A stretch of 64,000 nt of DNA. Source: a virus. Shown here piece by piece: positions 23,263-33,110 of this stretch. The notes under the pieces are model-generated. The model was not told where the DNA came from. It was given only the letters and a program-made list of their open reading frames with translations, and searched no databases. Positions within the stretch are counted from its first letter, which is position 1. Every line of letters begins with the position of its first letter. Both the position numbers and the translations under genes were made by a program. Location of the stretch: IMG/VR virus record IMGVR_UViG_3300030497_000001. The stretch is one strand, 5' to 3'.

Positions 23263-23451
23263 TTAATCTCTTTCTGGAATATAATTTCTGATAGGAGTGC
23301 AATATTTCATGTCCATTACGATTTGTCCATTGTCATTTAAAAGTAACAATAGTTTATTTGCTTCTGTATAGATTTTTAAAACTCTTCCCATGAATGTAAT
23401 ACCGCCTTGATTTACATTGACGTATTGGTTAACTGTGAACATAAAATTCAC
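23263..23451 (-). CDS. hypothetical small protein
   Basis: ORF with an AAGGGTG RBS. Confidence 0.5.
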   Translation of the reverse strand: MNFMFTVNQYVNVNQGGITFMGRVLKIYTEANKLLLLLNDNGQIVMDMKYCTPIRNYIPERD

Positions 23452-23461
23452 CCTTTTCTGA

Positions 23462-23800
23462 TTATTTATTTTGTAGCTCTGATTTAGCCGTATCGTTCAT
23501 TTCTTTAACGATTGCTTCAATCATTAAATCAAGCTCTTTTTCAGACATCTTGATTTTCTTTTGTTGCATAAGTTTCATAACTTCTACTTTTGCAAGATTT
23601 AGTTTCTCATCGCCTTTAAGCTCTTTGTACATCTGCTCAACTGCATGGACAACAATTTTAACTAGCTCTTTGTTGTTTTCAATCTGTGCAATTAATCCTT
23701 TTTTCTTTAAGAAACTAACTAGATATTTAGTAGCCACCCCTGCAAATGCAGTTAAAATCGCAACAACTAAATTTACTAATTCAACTTGGATTTGTTCCAT
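23462..23800 (-). CDS. holin (LL-H-like, single N-terminal TM)
   Basis: TM segment LVNLVVAILTAFAGVATKYLV, then a charged helical tail with ..VVHAVEQ...G.EKL..AK. Lies in the lysis cassette. Confidence 0.65.
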   Translation of the reverse strand: MEQIQVELVNLVVAILTAFAGVATKYLVSFLKKKGLIAQIENNKELVKIVVHAVEQMYKELKGDEKLNLAKVEVMKLMQQKKIKMSEKELDLMIEAIVKEMNDTAKSELQNK

Positions 23801-23814
23801 TTGTCATTCTCCTT

Positions 23815-23851
23815 ATTTAAAAATATCCATGCCCACATTTAGTAGGCATGG
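23815..23851 (-). terminator. hairpin + T-run on the minus strand between the two lysis-cassette membrane genes
   Basis: Minus-strand CCATGCC-N11-GGCATGG followed by ATATTTTTA. Confidence 0.45.
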
Positions 23852-23859
23852 TGTGATTA

Positions 23860-24186
23860 TTACTTATCGAATCTGCTATCTAGCTTATCATTCAATTCAG
23901 TAATTCTCGCTTGAAGTTGTTTGTTCTCAACTGTCAAGTTAACGTTTACAGCTTGTAACTGTCTCATTTCTTCACGCAAATTCTCAATCTCTTCTCTTTG
24001 CTCCTGTAACATTTGTCGTAGCTCTGCGATTAGTTGATATTGGTCTTTAGAGAGTTGCTGTCTGTCGTTAATTTCAATTTCTTTTTTGTTTGTATTCTTT
24101 GTTAAGAAATATGTAACGACAGAGCCTAGAAGGGTTGAGACAGCAGTCAGTAATCCTGCATCTGTGAATAATTTTAAGAAATCCAT
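23860..24186 (-). CDS. membrane-anchored coiled-coil protein (lysis cassette accessory)
   Basis: N-terminal TM LLTAVSTLLGSVVTYFL followed by a long heptad-repeat region. GGGGAGG RBS. Confidence 0.55.
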   Translation of the reverse strand: MDFLKLFTDAGLLTAVSTLLGSVVTYFLTKNTNKKEIEINDRQQLSKDQYQLIAELRQMLQEQREEIENLREEMRQLQAVNVNLTVENKQLQARITELNDKLDSRFDK

Positions 24187-24256
24187 TGCGATTTCCTCCC
24201 CTACTTTCTTTTTGGCAACCCCTTTCCAATCAAGCCCTTTTACCCTTTAGAGATTA

Positions 24257-25192
24257 TTAGTCTCTTACGAATCGTAAGAATGAAGAGTCATTCTTAACCC
24301 ATTGGTCGCCACCAAGGTTTAACCATCCGTCTTTTTCAGCCCATACTTTGTATGATTCTGGTGCGTTTAATTGGCGAATAACTCTGTATCCTGTACCTGC
24401 CCCAGAACGCATGTTAACGTTATATCCTGTAATATACGCAATGCCTGTTACTGGTTTTGGTGCTACTGGTGGTGCTACAGTTCCTCCACTGATAACTTGT
24501 AAGTAATTACCATTATCGCCATAAGCCCATTGGTCGCCACCTAAGTTGTACCATCCGTTAGAGATAGCCCAGAACTCGTATGTTTCGCCATAACCTAATT
24601 GACGGATAATTGGAGCACTTGCACTTGGTTGTGTACGTAGATTCAAACCTGTTGTAACTACTTTTACAACGCCTGTTGTGCTAGTTGGTGGTGTTGTAGT
24701 ACCTCCACCGTTTAGTTCTGCTTGAATAGCATTAAGAACTGATTGCCAACGTCCTTCGTCTAGGATACGGTGTGGGCAGTATTTACCGCTCCAATCTTGG
24801 TGCTTCTTAACTCTGCTAATGCCCCATCCACGTTCTCTTAATAGTTGAGCAACGAATTTGATTGCAAGAGCTTCTGCTTTGCGATATCTGTCTCCACCGT
24901 TTAGTGAGTAACAGATTTCAACACCGATTGATTTACGGTTACCGTCACCATTACCATCTCCACAATGCCAAGCATTACGGTTTGTTGGAATACCTTGAAC
25001 GACTTCAAAATCATCAACTGCGAAGTGGAATGAAGTAGCGTTACCGTTTGTAATCATGTATTGCACCTCATTGTTTGCACTTGCATCATTGTAAGTGTTG
25101 TGAATTGTAATGTACTCTGCTGTCATTGCATTAGGGCATTTCAAGCCGTACTTACTAGAATCCACCAATTTTTGTCTTACTGTAATAGCCAT
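24257..25192 (-). CDS. endolysin: N-acetylmuramoyl-L-alanine amidase (Amidase_2/PGRP) + two SH3b-like repeats
   Basis: YITIHNT..., AWHCGDG, HQDWSGKYCPH. C-terminal duplicates GWYNLGGDQWAYGDNG and GWLNLGGDQWVKND. Confidence 0.9.
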   Translation of the reverse strand: MAITVRQKLVDSSKYGLKCPNAMTAEYITIHNTYNDASANNEVQYMITNGNATSFHFAVDDFEVVQGIPTNRNAWHCGDGNGDGNRKSIGVEICYSLNGGDRYRKAEALAIKFVAQLLRERGWGISRVKKHQDWSGKYCPHRILDEGRWQSVLNAIQAELNGGGTTTPPTSTTGVVKVVTTGLNLRTQPSASAPIIRQLGYGETYEFWAISNGWYNLGGDQWAYGDNGNYLQVISGGTVAPPVAPKPVTGIAYITGYNVNMRSGAGTGYRVIRQLNAPESYKVWAEKDGWLNLGGDQWVKNDSSFLRFVRD

Positions 25193-25213
25193 TTAAATTC
25201 CTCCTATATTTTG

Positions 25214-25248
25214 ATACCTGCTAGGTTAGACTCTCGCCTAGCAGGTAT
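25214..25248 (-). promoter_or_regulatory. 12-bp perfect hairpin immediately upstream of the endolysin RBS
   Basis: ATACCTGCTAGG-N11-CCTAGCAGGTAT. On the minus-strand RNA it is followed by CAAAATATAGGAGG, with no T-run. Confidence 0.5.
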
Positions 25249-25269
25249 TTATACCATTATCTTTTGCTT

Positions 25270-25434
25270 TTATTTTTCTTGTTTATCAGCGTTAGCTTTC
25301 GCTTCTGCTTCATCTAAAATCTGCTTTTCTAGTTGCTTGATGTAAGCAGATTTCATAATTAACTCATTCGTTAATTCCGACACCTTTTCTTGGTATTCTT
25401 TGATTACGATATTAATATCTAATTGTCCTTGCAT
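25270..25434 (-). CDS. 54-aa coiled-coil protein (absent from the ORF track)
   Basis: Own translation: MQGQLDINIVIKEYQEKVSELTNELIMKSAYIKQLEKQILDEAEAKANADKQEK. GGAGG lies 8 nt upstream of the ATG. Confidence 0.55.
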   Translation of the reverse strand: MQGQLDINIVIKEYQEKVSELTNELIMKSAYIKQLEKQILDEAEAKANADKQEK

Positions 25435-25461
25435 TTCCTTGTCCTCCAATGTATAATTAAA

Positions 25462-25959
25462 TTACTGCCACTTAACAGCAACGATTGTTGCATGGTCTGT
25501 AGCATTTTTTACAATCTTAGTTTTCTCGTTGTACATCATAAGTTGTGTGAACTTATGGTCAAACGCTTCATCGTACAGCTTAAACCATTCTGCTCTTGGC
25601 ATTTCAGAGTAATCATCTAAATCCTCTGCTCTCCACGCAACTGTTGCCGTATCTAAGTTCCTCTGCAATCTGTCTGCCATACCTAAGAAGTTGATTTGGT
25701 CTGCATCATTCAAGCGGTAGCGATGACCGTTTGAAGATACGAAGCCGTTTTTAATACCTAAGTCACAAGCTTCATCTAGTATTCTAAATTTAATATCTTT
25801 GTGATATTTAAGAATTTGAGCAGGTGACACTTGCCACACCGCACAATTCAATTTAGATGCTATTGCATTAACTAATGCGTTCTGATTTGTTAGCGTCATA
25901 TTCTCTAACCCAACCAGAATCAATTCCTTCTCATAAACTGCTAAATTATCAAATACCAT
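25462..25959 (-). CDS. putative tail fibre assembly/chaperone protein (DUF4376-like)
   Basis: Position directly after the fibre gene, plus the F.SS.GH.Y....DQ.N pattern. Confidence 0.45.
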   Translation of the reverse strand: MVFDNLAVYEKELILVGLENMTLTNQNALVNAIASKLNCAVWQVSPAQILKYHKDIKFRILDEACDLGIKNGFVSSNGHRYRLNDADQINFLGMADRLQRNLDTATVAWRAEDLDDYSEMPRAEWFKLYDEAFDHKFTQLMMYNEKTKIVKNATDHATIVAVKWQ

Positions 25960-25961
25960 AA

Positions 25962-28715
25962 TTACATTTCTCCTTTATTTAATTTCAAAATTTGTATTTC
26001 TTTTTTTAGTTCTGCGATTTCTTGACGGAAATATTTAATGTCTACATCATGTTCTTGTAGTCCTAGCCATGCCAGAGTAGACATACCATATGAGTCAACT
26101 GTGTCTCCACCTGCACCAACAATAATCTTAGGGGCATCCTCTGCGATAAGACCAATCTTCGTTGTTTGACTTAAATCATCTTTATATGTATAAGTGTTAC
26201 CAACTGCTGAATTGATAATTTCCATTGCATTACCTTCGAACACTTGGATATTCTCCTTATATTCTCTTGACGATGCGTTGTTTAAATTACCTGCAAGTTC
26301 ACACCAGTTTGTATTATTTGAGTTTCTTGCTTCCAGTCTACCTTGATAATTGTTATAATTAGTGTACCATTTAAGGATACCACCATCATTACCAAACTGG
26401 ATACATCTTCCACTGTAGCTCTCATGCGTAAAGAATGAAAGGAACTTATTACCATCATGATAAAAATCATGACCATTAGTATAAGAACGATATTCATTCG
26501 GCTGTGTTGAACCACTTCCAACACCAACAATCAACCTAACTTTATCACCTGCATCTTTTACTGACCAAGTGCTAATATTACTTGTGCCAGACTGTCCTTT
26601 TACGTTACCATATACATCCAAGTAAATTCCACCGCCACTTGAAGCATATAACTCTCCACCCAATCTTAAATCTGACGTTCCTATAAATTGGTAGAAAATA
26701 GCTTTGTCATTCATCTTCATTGAATAATCTAAGATACCAAAGGTACTATAGTCAGCAGGGTTTGTAGAATTTGCAGTTCTGTTTGGTCTTATGAAGTTTA
26801 GACCTTGACCTGTGGAGTTGACTGGACTGCTAAAGTACATAGAGTTGACAGACATAATATCTGACCCACCTGCGTGCATTCCCCATTTTCCTTGTGCTAT
26901 CCATTGACTTCCTTTAAGTTTAACAACACCATCAACATCTAAATCCCCTGCAATCTCTAATGCATTGTTTGCCGATGTTGGGAACTTGTTGATACCAAGT
27001 GTTTTCTTCTCCCAATCTATGAAGAAGATTGGAGAACCTGCTGTAACTGTTCTAGTAATCGTTGTTGTTGCTAGTTTGTCAGTTACCTTAATTTCTATAG
27101 TCCAAGCTTTAGTGTTGTCTAAGTTTTCTGTTACTGTGGTTGCACTATATGTAGGAGCTGTACTTGCAAATACAAAGTTCTTCCATGCTGTAAATGTTCC
27201 ACCAATTGTCTCCTTGTATCTGTATTGGACTGATGACACAACATTCTTTTTAGTTCCTGCTACGTTTAAATCTGACATTGTACCGCTACAAGGAATTGTA
27301 GTAGGAGTTTCGAAGTTGTTCCTACGTGCAACGTCCGATGTAACTGTTGGATTCTGATATGGAATAATGGTCACAGTTTTTGTTGTAGCTGTCATATTAC
27401 CACGACTATCAACTGCTTTTACAGTTAAAGTAGAGTTTGCACCTGCACTAACTGCTCCAAAGTTAAATGTCATTGTTGCTGTGTCTGAATGTGGGACTCT
27501 TACTTCCACACCGTTTAATGTTGCGATGTATTCTTTCATTGTTGCATAATCTAGTGCTGTAGCTCTATTAGCTATTAGCAATTCTACTGAAACAGTAGAT
27601 TTATTCTGAATCACATACTGGTTATTTCCTGTGATTGCTGTTGTCGTTGCATTTGTGTCCTTATATGTAAAGCCACCACCAAAAGATGGTGGACGTGCCT
27701 TAGAGCCTGCGTAAGCCGTATATCCAGAAGCAATAGTGTCCCATACTTGGATTCTATTACTACCACTCACCCAATAAGATGTAACAACTGCTTCACCATA
27801 TCCATATGTTGTAGTCGGAATTTTTGCAAGCATAGCATTGACTTCTGCTGTAGTCCATGTTACAGTTGAACCGCCAGTCGGTGTATTATCAACTGATTTA
27901 ATCAACGTTCCACCAAAGTAGAAATCTACTTTATGCTTCATTGAATTATGACCAGAAACATTGATTGGTAAATTGTCACCAAAGGTGAAACTATTAAAGG
28001 TGACGACACCACCGCCCCAATTGTAACATGTCCCATTGAAATTCTTTTCTCCAATATATTGACCATATTTAAACGTCTGCAAATTAATCCTACATGGTTT
28101 TGATGCTGTTTTATTTAATTGCTGATACATAGTGTAGACATCTGCATCGCTAAATTCAAATGTTCCACCAGTTGTTTGACCGTTCAATTCTTTAATCAGA
28201 ACTTCATTTACATAAAGTCTAACTTTATGGTCGAACTCTGACGATGCTCTTGAAATTGAAAATGAATGATTTCGTCCTGCTGTAATATCTGGTGCAGTTG
28301 TCAATGATGATGCACGTGGAATCGTATCTAAATAGATTGTTCCACCTGTATTACAACTGTTATAGTAAGTTCCATTCAATGTTACTTGGATATCAAATAC
28401 ACCAAGCACGTCAGTAGACATTGTTCCATCGCTATTATGATAAACATCTACCTCATGCCAGAATACGAATTTCTTTTCGTTACCGCTTAATCCTGCTAAA
28501 CCGCCTTGTGCACTATAGGATTTATTCCCATTAATTGTAAGTGAAATACCTTTTGTCGCACTAGAGTTAATAGTGTAAGATGAACCTAGACTGACTAGGT
28601 ATAGGTTACATCTCACTCTACTTTTATTGTTGGCGATATCTTGTGTAGCATACCACTCTAGTTGAAGTCTGTAACCTCTACTAAAGTCGTTATAAAAAGT
28701 ACCGCTTAACGCCAT
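25962..28715 (-). CDS. tail fibre protein with C-terminal intramolecular chaperone (Peptidase_S74) domain
   Basis: C-terminus SSREYKENI...IGLIAEDAP...YGMSTLAWLGLQE...EIAELKKEIQILK matches the S-x-R-x-K autocleavage/chaperone module. The N-terminal region contains internal duplications. Confidence 0.75.
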   Translation of the reverse strand: MALSGTFYNDFSRGYRLQLEWYATQDIANNKSRVRCNLYLVSLGSSYTINSSATKGISLTINGNKSYSAQGGLAGLSGNEKKFVFWHEVDVYHNSDGTMSTDVLGVFDIQVTLNGTYYNSCNTGGTIYLDTIPRASSLTTAPDITAGRNHSFSISRASSEFDHKVRLYVNEVLIKELNGQTTGGTFEFSDADVYTMYQQLNKTASKPCRINLQTFKYGQYIGEKNFNGTCYNWGGGVVTFNSFTFGDNLPINVSGHNSMKHKVDFYFGGTLIKSVDNTPTGGSTVTWTTAEVNAMLAKIPTTTYGYGEAVVTSYWVSGSNRIQVWDTIASGYTAYAGSKARPPSFGGGFTYKDTNATTTAITGNNQYVIQNKSTVSVELLIANRATALDYATMKEYIATLNGVEVRVPHSDTATMTFNFGAVSAGANSTLTVKAVDSRGNMTATTKTVTIIPYQNPTVTSDVARRNNFETPTTIPCSGTMSDLNVAGTKKNVVSSVQYRYKETIGGTFTAWKNFVFASTAPTYSATTVTENLDNTKAWTIEIKVTDKLATTTITRTVTAGSPIFFIDWEKKTLGINKFPTSANNALEIAGDLDVDGVVKLKGSQWIAQGKWGMHAGGSDIMSVNSMYFSSPVNSTGQGLNFIRPNRTANSTNPADYSTFGILDYSMKMNDKAIFYQFIGTSDLRLGGELYASSGGGIYLDVYGNVKGQSGTSNISTWSVKDAGDKVRLIVGVGSGSTQPNEYRSYTNGHDFYHDGNKFLSFFTHESYSGRCIQFGNDGGILKWYTNYNNYQGRLEARNSNNTNWCELAGNLNNASSREYKENIQVFEGNAMEIINSAVGNTYTYKDDLSQTTKIGLIAEDAPKIIVGAGGDTVDSYGMSTLAWLGLQEHDVDIKYFRQEIAELKKEIQILKLNKGEM

Positions 28716-28738
28716 ATTTATCTTCTCCTTTTTCTCTA

Positions 28739-31700
28739 TTAGTCAAGGCTTTGAACAAACGCCCAACCCTTGCTTGATGTAGATTCAATCTTAATAATCT
28801 TGATTCCACCCATTGTAAATTCATCTTTCGCTCTGAATTTCTTAGATACTGTTTCGTCTTCTTTTAGATAGAATACTTTTTCATAAACACCATTTCCGCT
28901 AGTATCATAATACCCTGCAAACTCATCTGGTGTAATTTGAGTGTAACCCCTATCTTTTCCATCTACAATCTGTGAAACTCTGATACCGTTCATATCCATA
29001 CGAATATTAGTATTATAGATTTCACCAGTAGCCATAGACCATTGAAGAGGAACGTCACCGATATTCATCATGATTCCAGAGATAGTAAAGTCTGCCAATT
29101 TGTTAACGGAAATTCTAACAGTGATAATATTTGATTTAGGAATCCATGTTCTAGAATTTTTCTCAAATCCTTTTGTTGTAAATTCACTCTTATACTTCTC
29201 ACTCATCACAGTAGTTACGCCTTCTATGAACTCTACCCATACTGCACCATCATCGTTAGTCGATGGAGATGCATTTGTCTTATTTGCATACCATGATAAT
29301 GTGTATGGCTGTCCTGCTGTTACATAAACATCCTGTGTGATTCTAGCGTTACTTCCAGAAGCATTTGATGGGAAGTAGAATCCTTTACCGAATCCTAAGG
29401 CATCTAACGCATTATTTGAAACCGTTGACATCTGTGTTGGAGCTGTCTGTGTCCAGAAGCTAAAGTCTGCATATCCAACAGAGTTGCGAAGTAAGTTAAC
29501 TCCACCTCCTGCTTGGAATTTAGCAGTGATATCAGTTACAGTCTGATTTAATTCAGACTTGATTACATATGGTGTAAAGTCAATGCCCTTAATTTTATCA
29601 TCTGCATATTTGTTCGCATCTTTTTTAGCTTGGTCTAACTCGCCAGTTGTTGCATATCCTTTTAAGTCATCTGCATTTGCTTTTGTTCCTAAATCGTTCT
29701 TGTAAGAAGTAGACTGTGTTACTGTATTGATGATTGCACTATCTGTAATCTTTTCTTCTGCTGATGAAACTCTATCTGCTAGATTATACATGAATGAATC
29801 TGTATCTTCTGGTGCAGGAGTCCAATCAGTATAACGTGTACCTTCTTCAATCTGGATGTTACGAACCCACATTGAACCTTCTACTGTGCTGAAATATCCG
29901 TAAACATACAATGCTAAAGCCTTTGTCAAATCCCATTTGTTATTAATTGTGAATGTCTTGTATTTTCTTTCCCAGACATTTGCAATCTTACAATCATCCA
30001 AGTTCCATTGGAAACCAAAGAATCCTTGTGTCGCATTTCCAGTTTCATAGTGATGGAATCCTACGTTGACTCTCATACCAACTGTATCAGACATTACATC
30101 CATACTAATTGTATAAGTCTTCCCAACAGCTAAACTCTGACAGAATGGGTCTGTTGTTAAAATGCTATTAGACATCCCTAACCATCTATGTAATCCTGTC
30201 GTTGGAGGTGTAGTTGAGTTGTCAACTAAATTACTGTTTTTATCAATAAGCTCTAATACAGGATATCCAAATTTATCAACGTTTAAGTGAGCGTGATAAC
30301 CCTGTGTTGGGAATGGTTTAACCCCTGCGTTATAACCATTACTCCACCAACCATCGGCAACGATGTTTCCATTTAGATTCTTATCCCATGCCATACTATC
30401 ATTTACTTTGTTTTTAGCAAAGTTTGAGTTTCTTAGTAGATTTCTTCCACCGAATTGAACTGCATTTAAGATTGCTCTCTCTAGAATTGCTTTTTTATCA
30501 TTATAGTCTTTAAAGAGTGTTCTGATTGCAGTGCCATTCACACCTGTTGCAGTCGTATTTAAGTTTGATAGATGAGGACTTAATGCACTGTAAAGGTCAT
30601 TGTAAGCCTTCACATAATCGTCTTTTTCAGTCGTTACCGCATATTGATTAGCCTTCGCTTCAAATGTAGGTTTCTCTGCAACAATCATATCTAATTCATT
30701 TTTCAATGTATGCTTTTCAAGAGGTGTAATCTTGTCATCTGCCATCATATCTGCAACTGAAATATTTGCTTCATAAGCTTTAATTTCTTCTGATGATGCA
30801 GGTCTTGAAATTACAGAATCAATATAGATTGTCTTTGCAGGTTTAGTTGAATCAAACCCACCGTAACTACCCATAGCATAAAGTCTGTATCCACCAAAGT
30901 CTGTTGGCATAGGGACTTTAAACACTGTAGAAACCGTATACCATTTATTTAATGTTGGGCTTGGTGTTACATCCGAGAATTTAAATCTACCTTCAAATGC
31001 ACTAGTACTACCATCTGCTCTTAAATATCTGAATAGAATACCTGCACCATTGATAGAACCACTTTCCAATTTAAATGTTGACTCAACATATACATATTGA
31101 TAATATGGTTTATTTGGATATACAACGCCACTCAAATAACTTTCTACTCCAAGTGCATTCGTATACTTAGCTGATTTACCATTGCCGTTTTCTGATGCTA
31201 CTTTTGTAACTGCTGTACCAACGTTACCTTCGAAACCGACTGGATATGTTCCTGTCCAATCAGCAAAGTTATAGTTCTTATTGATATAAGAAGATTCACT
31301 AGAAGTAGCTTTATCAATACTTTCTCCTACCTTAGAAACAAACGTTTGATGGCTTACTACTGTAGATGTGATATTGTCTGGTTGTACTGCAAATTCAGTT
31401 TTATAGATACGTTGTTCTAAGTCGAATGGTGATTGCGACCAGTCAGTTGCCTTATTGCCAAGTTCTATTTTTAAACCTGTTGTCCAAAACTCACCTGTAG
31501 AACCTTCTATACCATGCTTAAAAGATACTCTTGTAAGCTTGACAGCATTTGTAGGAAGTGTTAATTTAATAGTAGCAGTATACTTCTTCCAAGTCATATT
31601 CGTCCCAACGATATATGCACTCTCTGTAGGACTACTATCAGAATGGATTCTTACATATCTGTTAAACTTAGCACCACTAGCATTTTCGCCTTCGATGATT

Positions 31701-33028
31701 AACTCACCGAATCGACCTGCTTGCCATGAGTTTGCACCAAGAACAATGTTCTGATACTTCATCCAATATTGAATAGTAACATCTCTATTTACCAATCCTT
31801 CCGAAGCCTTTCCGCTCCATAAAGTAGGGCTAAAAATACCACCGTTCGCTCCTACTGGTGTATTGTTTTTTACGTGATAAGCAAATTTAAATGGAGGGTC
31901 TTCTGTTGATATATCAACAATCTCCCTAACACTTCCTGCACTAGTATTAGAAGTATAAGAATCTTTCCATAAACCTTCTGTTAATGGAATCTCAAAACTA
32001 CCATTACTAGCATAGTTAGTTCCACCCACATCAACGTTGTCAACGTTCTCTTTTGCTACTTGAATTGTGTATGTTGCAAGGTCATCTACTGCTAGATAGA
32101 ACTGCAACCATTTATCTCTAAACGTGTTCTTAACTACAGAGATAACTTTCTTTTGGTTTGCAGTTGAAACATCCCAAGGCTTAACTGGTGTCATCGCATC
32201 AAGATAGTCTTTTAAATATGTATAATTAGTTTCAACAGCTTTGTATTTTGCATGTTGAGTTGAAATACCAATTTGTTGAGCTTGTTTACGAACCGTATAG
32301 AACGTACCCTTACCTCCACTATCCAATGAACCGAAAGCAGGTAAAAGTGCTTGTGCATCTGGAATGATAAAACCAGTAATATCAGTTAATTTATCTTTGA
32401 TTACCTGTCGTTCGTTGTAATCTAAAACACCATCATTAGCCATATTTCCTAGAGTTTCAGTAATGTCAACGATAACCTCATCTGTTTCCTCTGGGGCTTT
32501 TGACCAATCCATAGGCAGATTACCTCTATATAATGCAACCCAATCAACTGTAGCCAATGTTGTATTGCTAGGGTAGTTATATAAACTTAATTTTTTTTCA
32601 TTCCCTGCTGTTGTAGCAATGGCTTTAAATGTAACGTAATAAACTCCATCATAAAATTTTGTTCTCACTTCGCCAACTTTATCAGCCGAACCATTCATCC
32701 AAAGTGCAAACACTTGTGGGTCTGGAACTGTACCTTTAATTACAAATGTATATTCTTGACCTGTTACAAAGTTCTCTGTTAATTCATATTGATTAATAAG
32801 ATAATTTGTAGTATTATAATCCGTATGAGATAATCTAAGTAAATTTTTACCACCTACGATAATATTACTAGATTTTCTCCAATCGCCATTTTGGTATACA
32901 TAAAGCTGTGACTCTGTTGTATTCCACCACATCGCACCCTCTATTGGATTGGATGGTTTAGTTGGTGATACAATCACATCATTTAAATCTGTCAAAGTTA
33001 ATTGACCTGTACCGATTAATTTTGCCAC
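28739..33028 (-). CDS. large tail fibre / receptor-binding protein with four CBM-like beta-sandwich modules
   Basis: N-terminal GQLTLTDLND anchor motif. GG.NLL.NS.F module starts recur at about aa 58, 335, 870 and 1215. GTG start after AGGAG. Confidence 0.65.
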   Translation of the reverse strand: MAKLIGTGQLTLTDLNDVIVSPTKPSNPIEGAMWWNTTESQLYVYQNGDWRKSSNIIVGGKNLLRLSHTDYNTTNYLINQYELTENFVTGQEYTFVIKGTVPDPQVFALWMNGSADKVGEVRTKFYDGVYYVTFKAIATTAGNEKKLSLYNYPSNTTLATVDWVALYRGNLPMDWSKAPEETDEVIVDITETLGNMANDGVLDYNERQVIKDKLTDITGFIIPDAQALLPAFGSLDSGGKGTFYTVRKQAQQIGISTQHAKYKAVETNYTYLKDYLDAMTPVKPWDVSTANQKKVISVVKNTFRDKWLQFYLAVDDLATYTIQVAKENVDNVDVGGTNYASNGSFEIPLTEGLWKDSYTSNTSAGSVREIVDISTEDPPFKFAYHVKNNTPVGANGGIFSPTLWSGKASEGLVNRDVTIQYWMKYQNIVLGANSWQAGRFGELIIEGENASGAKFNRYVRIHSDSSPTESAYIVGTNMTWKKYTATIKLTLPTNAVKLTRVSFKHGIEGSTGEFWTTGLKIELGNKATDWSQSPFDLEQRIYKTEFAVQPDNITSTVVSHQTFVSKVGESIDKATSSESSYINKNYNFADWTGTYPVGFEGNVGTAVTKVASENGNGKSAKYTNALGVESYLSGVVYPNKPYYQYVYVESTFKLESGSINGAGILFRYLRADGSTSAFEGRFKFSDVTPSPTLNKWYTVSTVFKVPMPTDFGGYRLYAMGSYGGFDSTKPAKTIYIDSVISRPASSEEIKAYEANISVADMMADDKITPLEKHTLKNELDMIVAEKPTFEAKANQYAVTTEKDDYVKAYNDLYSALSPHLSNLNTTATGVNGTAIRTLFKDYNDKKAILERAILNAVQFGGRNLLRNSNFAKNKVNDSMAWDKNLNGNIVADGWWSNGYNAGVKPFPTQGYHAHLNVDKFGYPVLELIDKNSNLVDNSTTPPTTGLHRWLGMSNSILTTDPFCQSLAVGKTYTISMDVMSDTVGMRVNVGFHHYETGNATQGFFGFQWNLDDCKIANVWERKYKTFTINNKWDLTKALALYVYGYFSTVEGSMWVRNIQIEEGTRYTDWTPAPEDTDSFMYNLADRVSSAEEKITDSAIINTVTQSTSYKNDLGTKANADDLKGYATTGELDQAKKDANKYADDKIKGIDFTPYVIKSELNQTVTDITAKFQAGGGVNLLRNSVGYADFSFWTQTAPTQMSTVSNNALDALGFGKGFYFPSNASGSNARITQDVYVTAGQPYTLSWYANKTNASPSTNDDGAVWVEFIEGVTTVMSEKYKSEFTTKGFEKNSRTWIPKSNIITVRISVNKLADFTISGIMMNIGDVPLQWSMATGEIYNTNIRMDMNGIRVSQIVDGKDRGYTQITPDEFAGYYDTSGNGVYEKVFYLKEDETVSKKFRAKDEFTMGGIKIIKIESTSSKGWAFVQSLD

Positions 33029-33069
33029 TTTCTTTCACTCCTATTTTCCTTTTATCCAATCATAAGAAA

Positions 33070-33093
33070 GAGCCTTATTAACAAATAAGACTC
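33070..33093 (-). terminator. leader hairpin + U-rich tail downstream of the internal promoter
   Basis: Minus-strand GAGTCTTATT-TGTT-AATAAGGCTC (one G-U) followed by TTTCTTATGATT. Confidence 0.5.
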
Positions 33094-33110
33094 TCTTTTC
33101 TCACAATTTA

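Noticed and set aside
23246-23273. Second palindrome ATTAAGA-TTCACC-TCTTAAT, sharing the inner 7-bp arms (and a CTCTTAATCT 10-mer) with the lox/dif-like site at 48197-48224. It was considered as a possible recombination partner.
   Set aside because: Only 2 of 6 spacer positions match, the outer arm bases differ, and the palindrome is explained by a TAA stop + GAGGTG RBS + CTTAATG start context. It is kept only as something to re-examine in a genome-wide site search.
24187-24256. Three AAAGGG(G) repeats on the minus strand between the endolysin stop and the next gene. They were considered as a possible regulatory repeat.
   Set aside because: The repeats are short and purine-rich, with no symmetry or hairpin. 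The last copy merges with the GGGGAGG RBS, so this is plausibly compositional.
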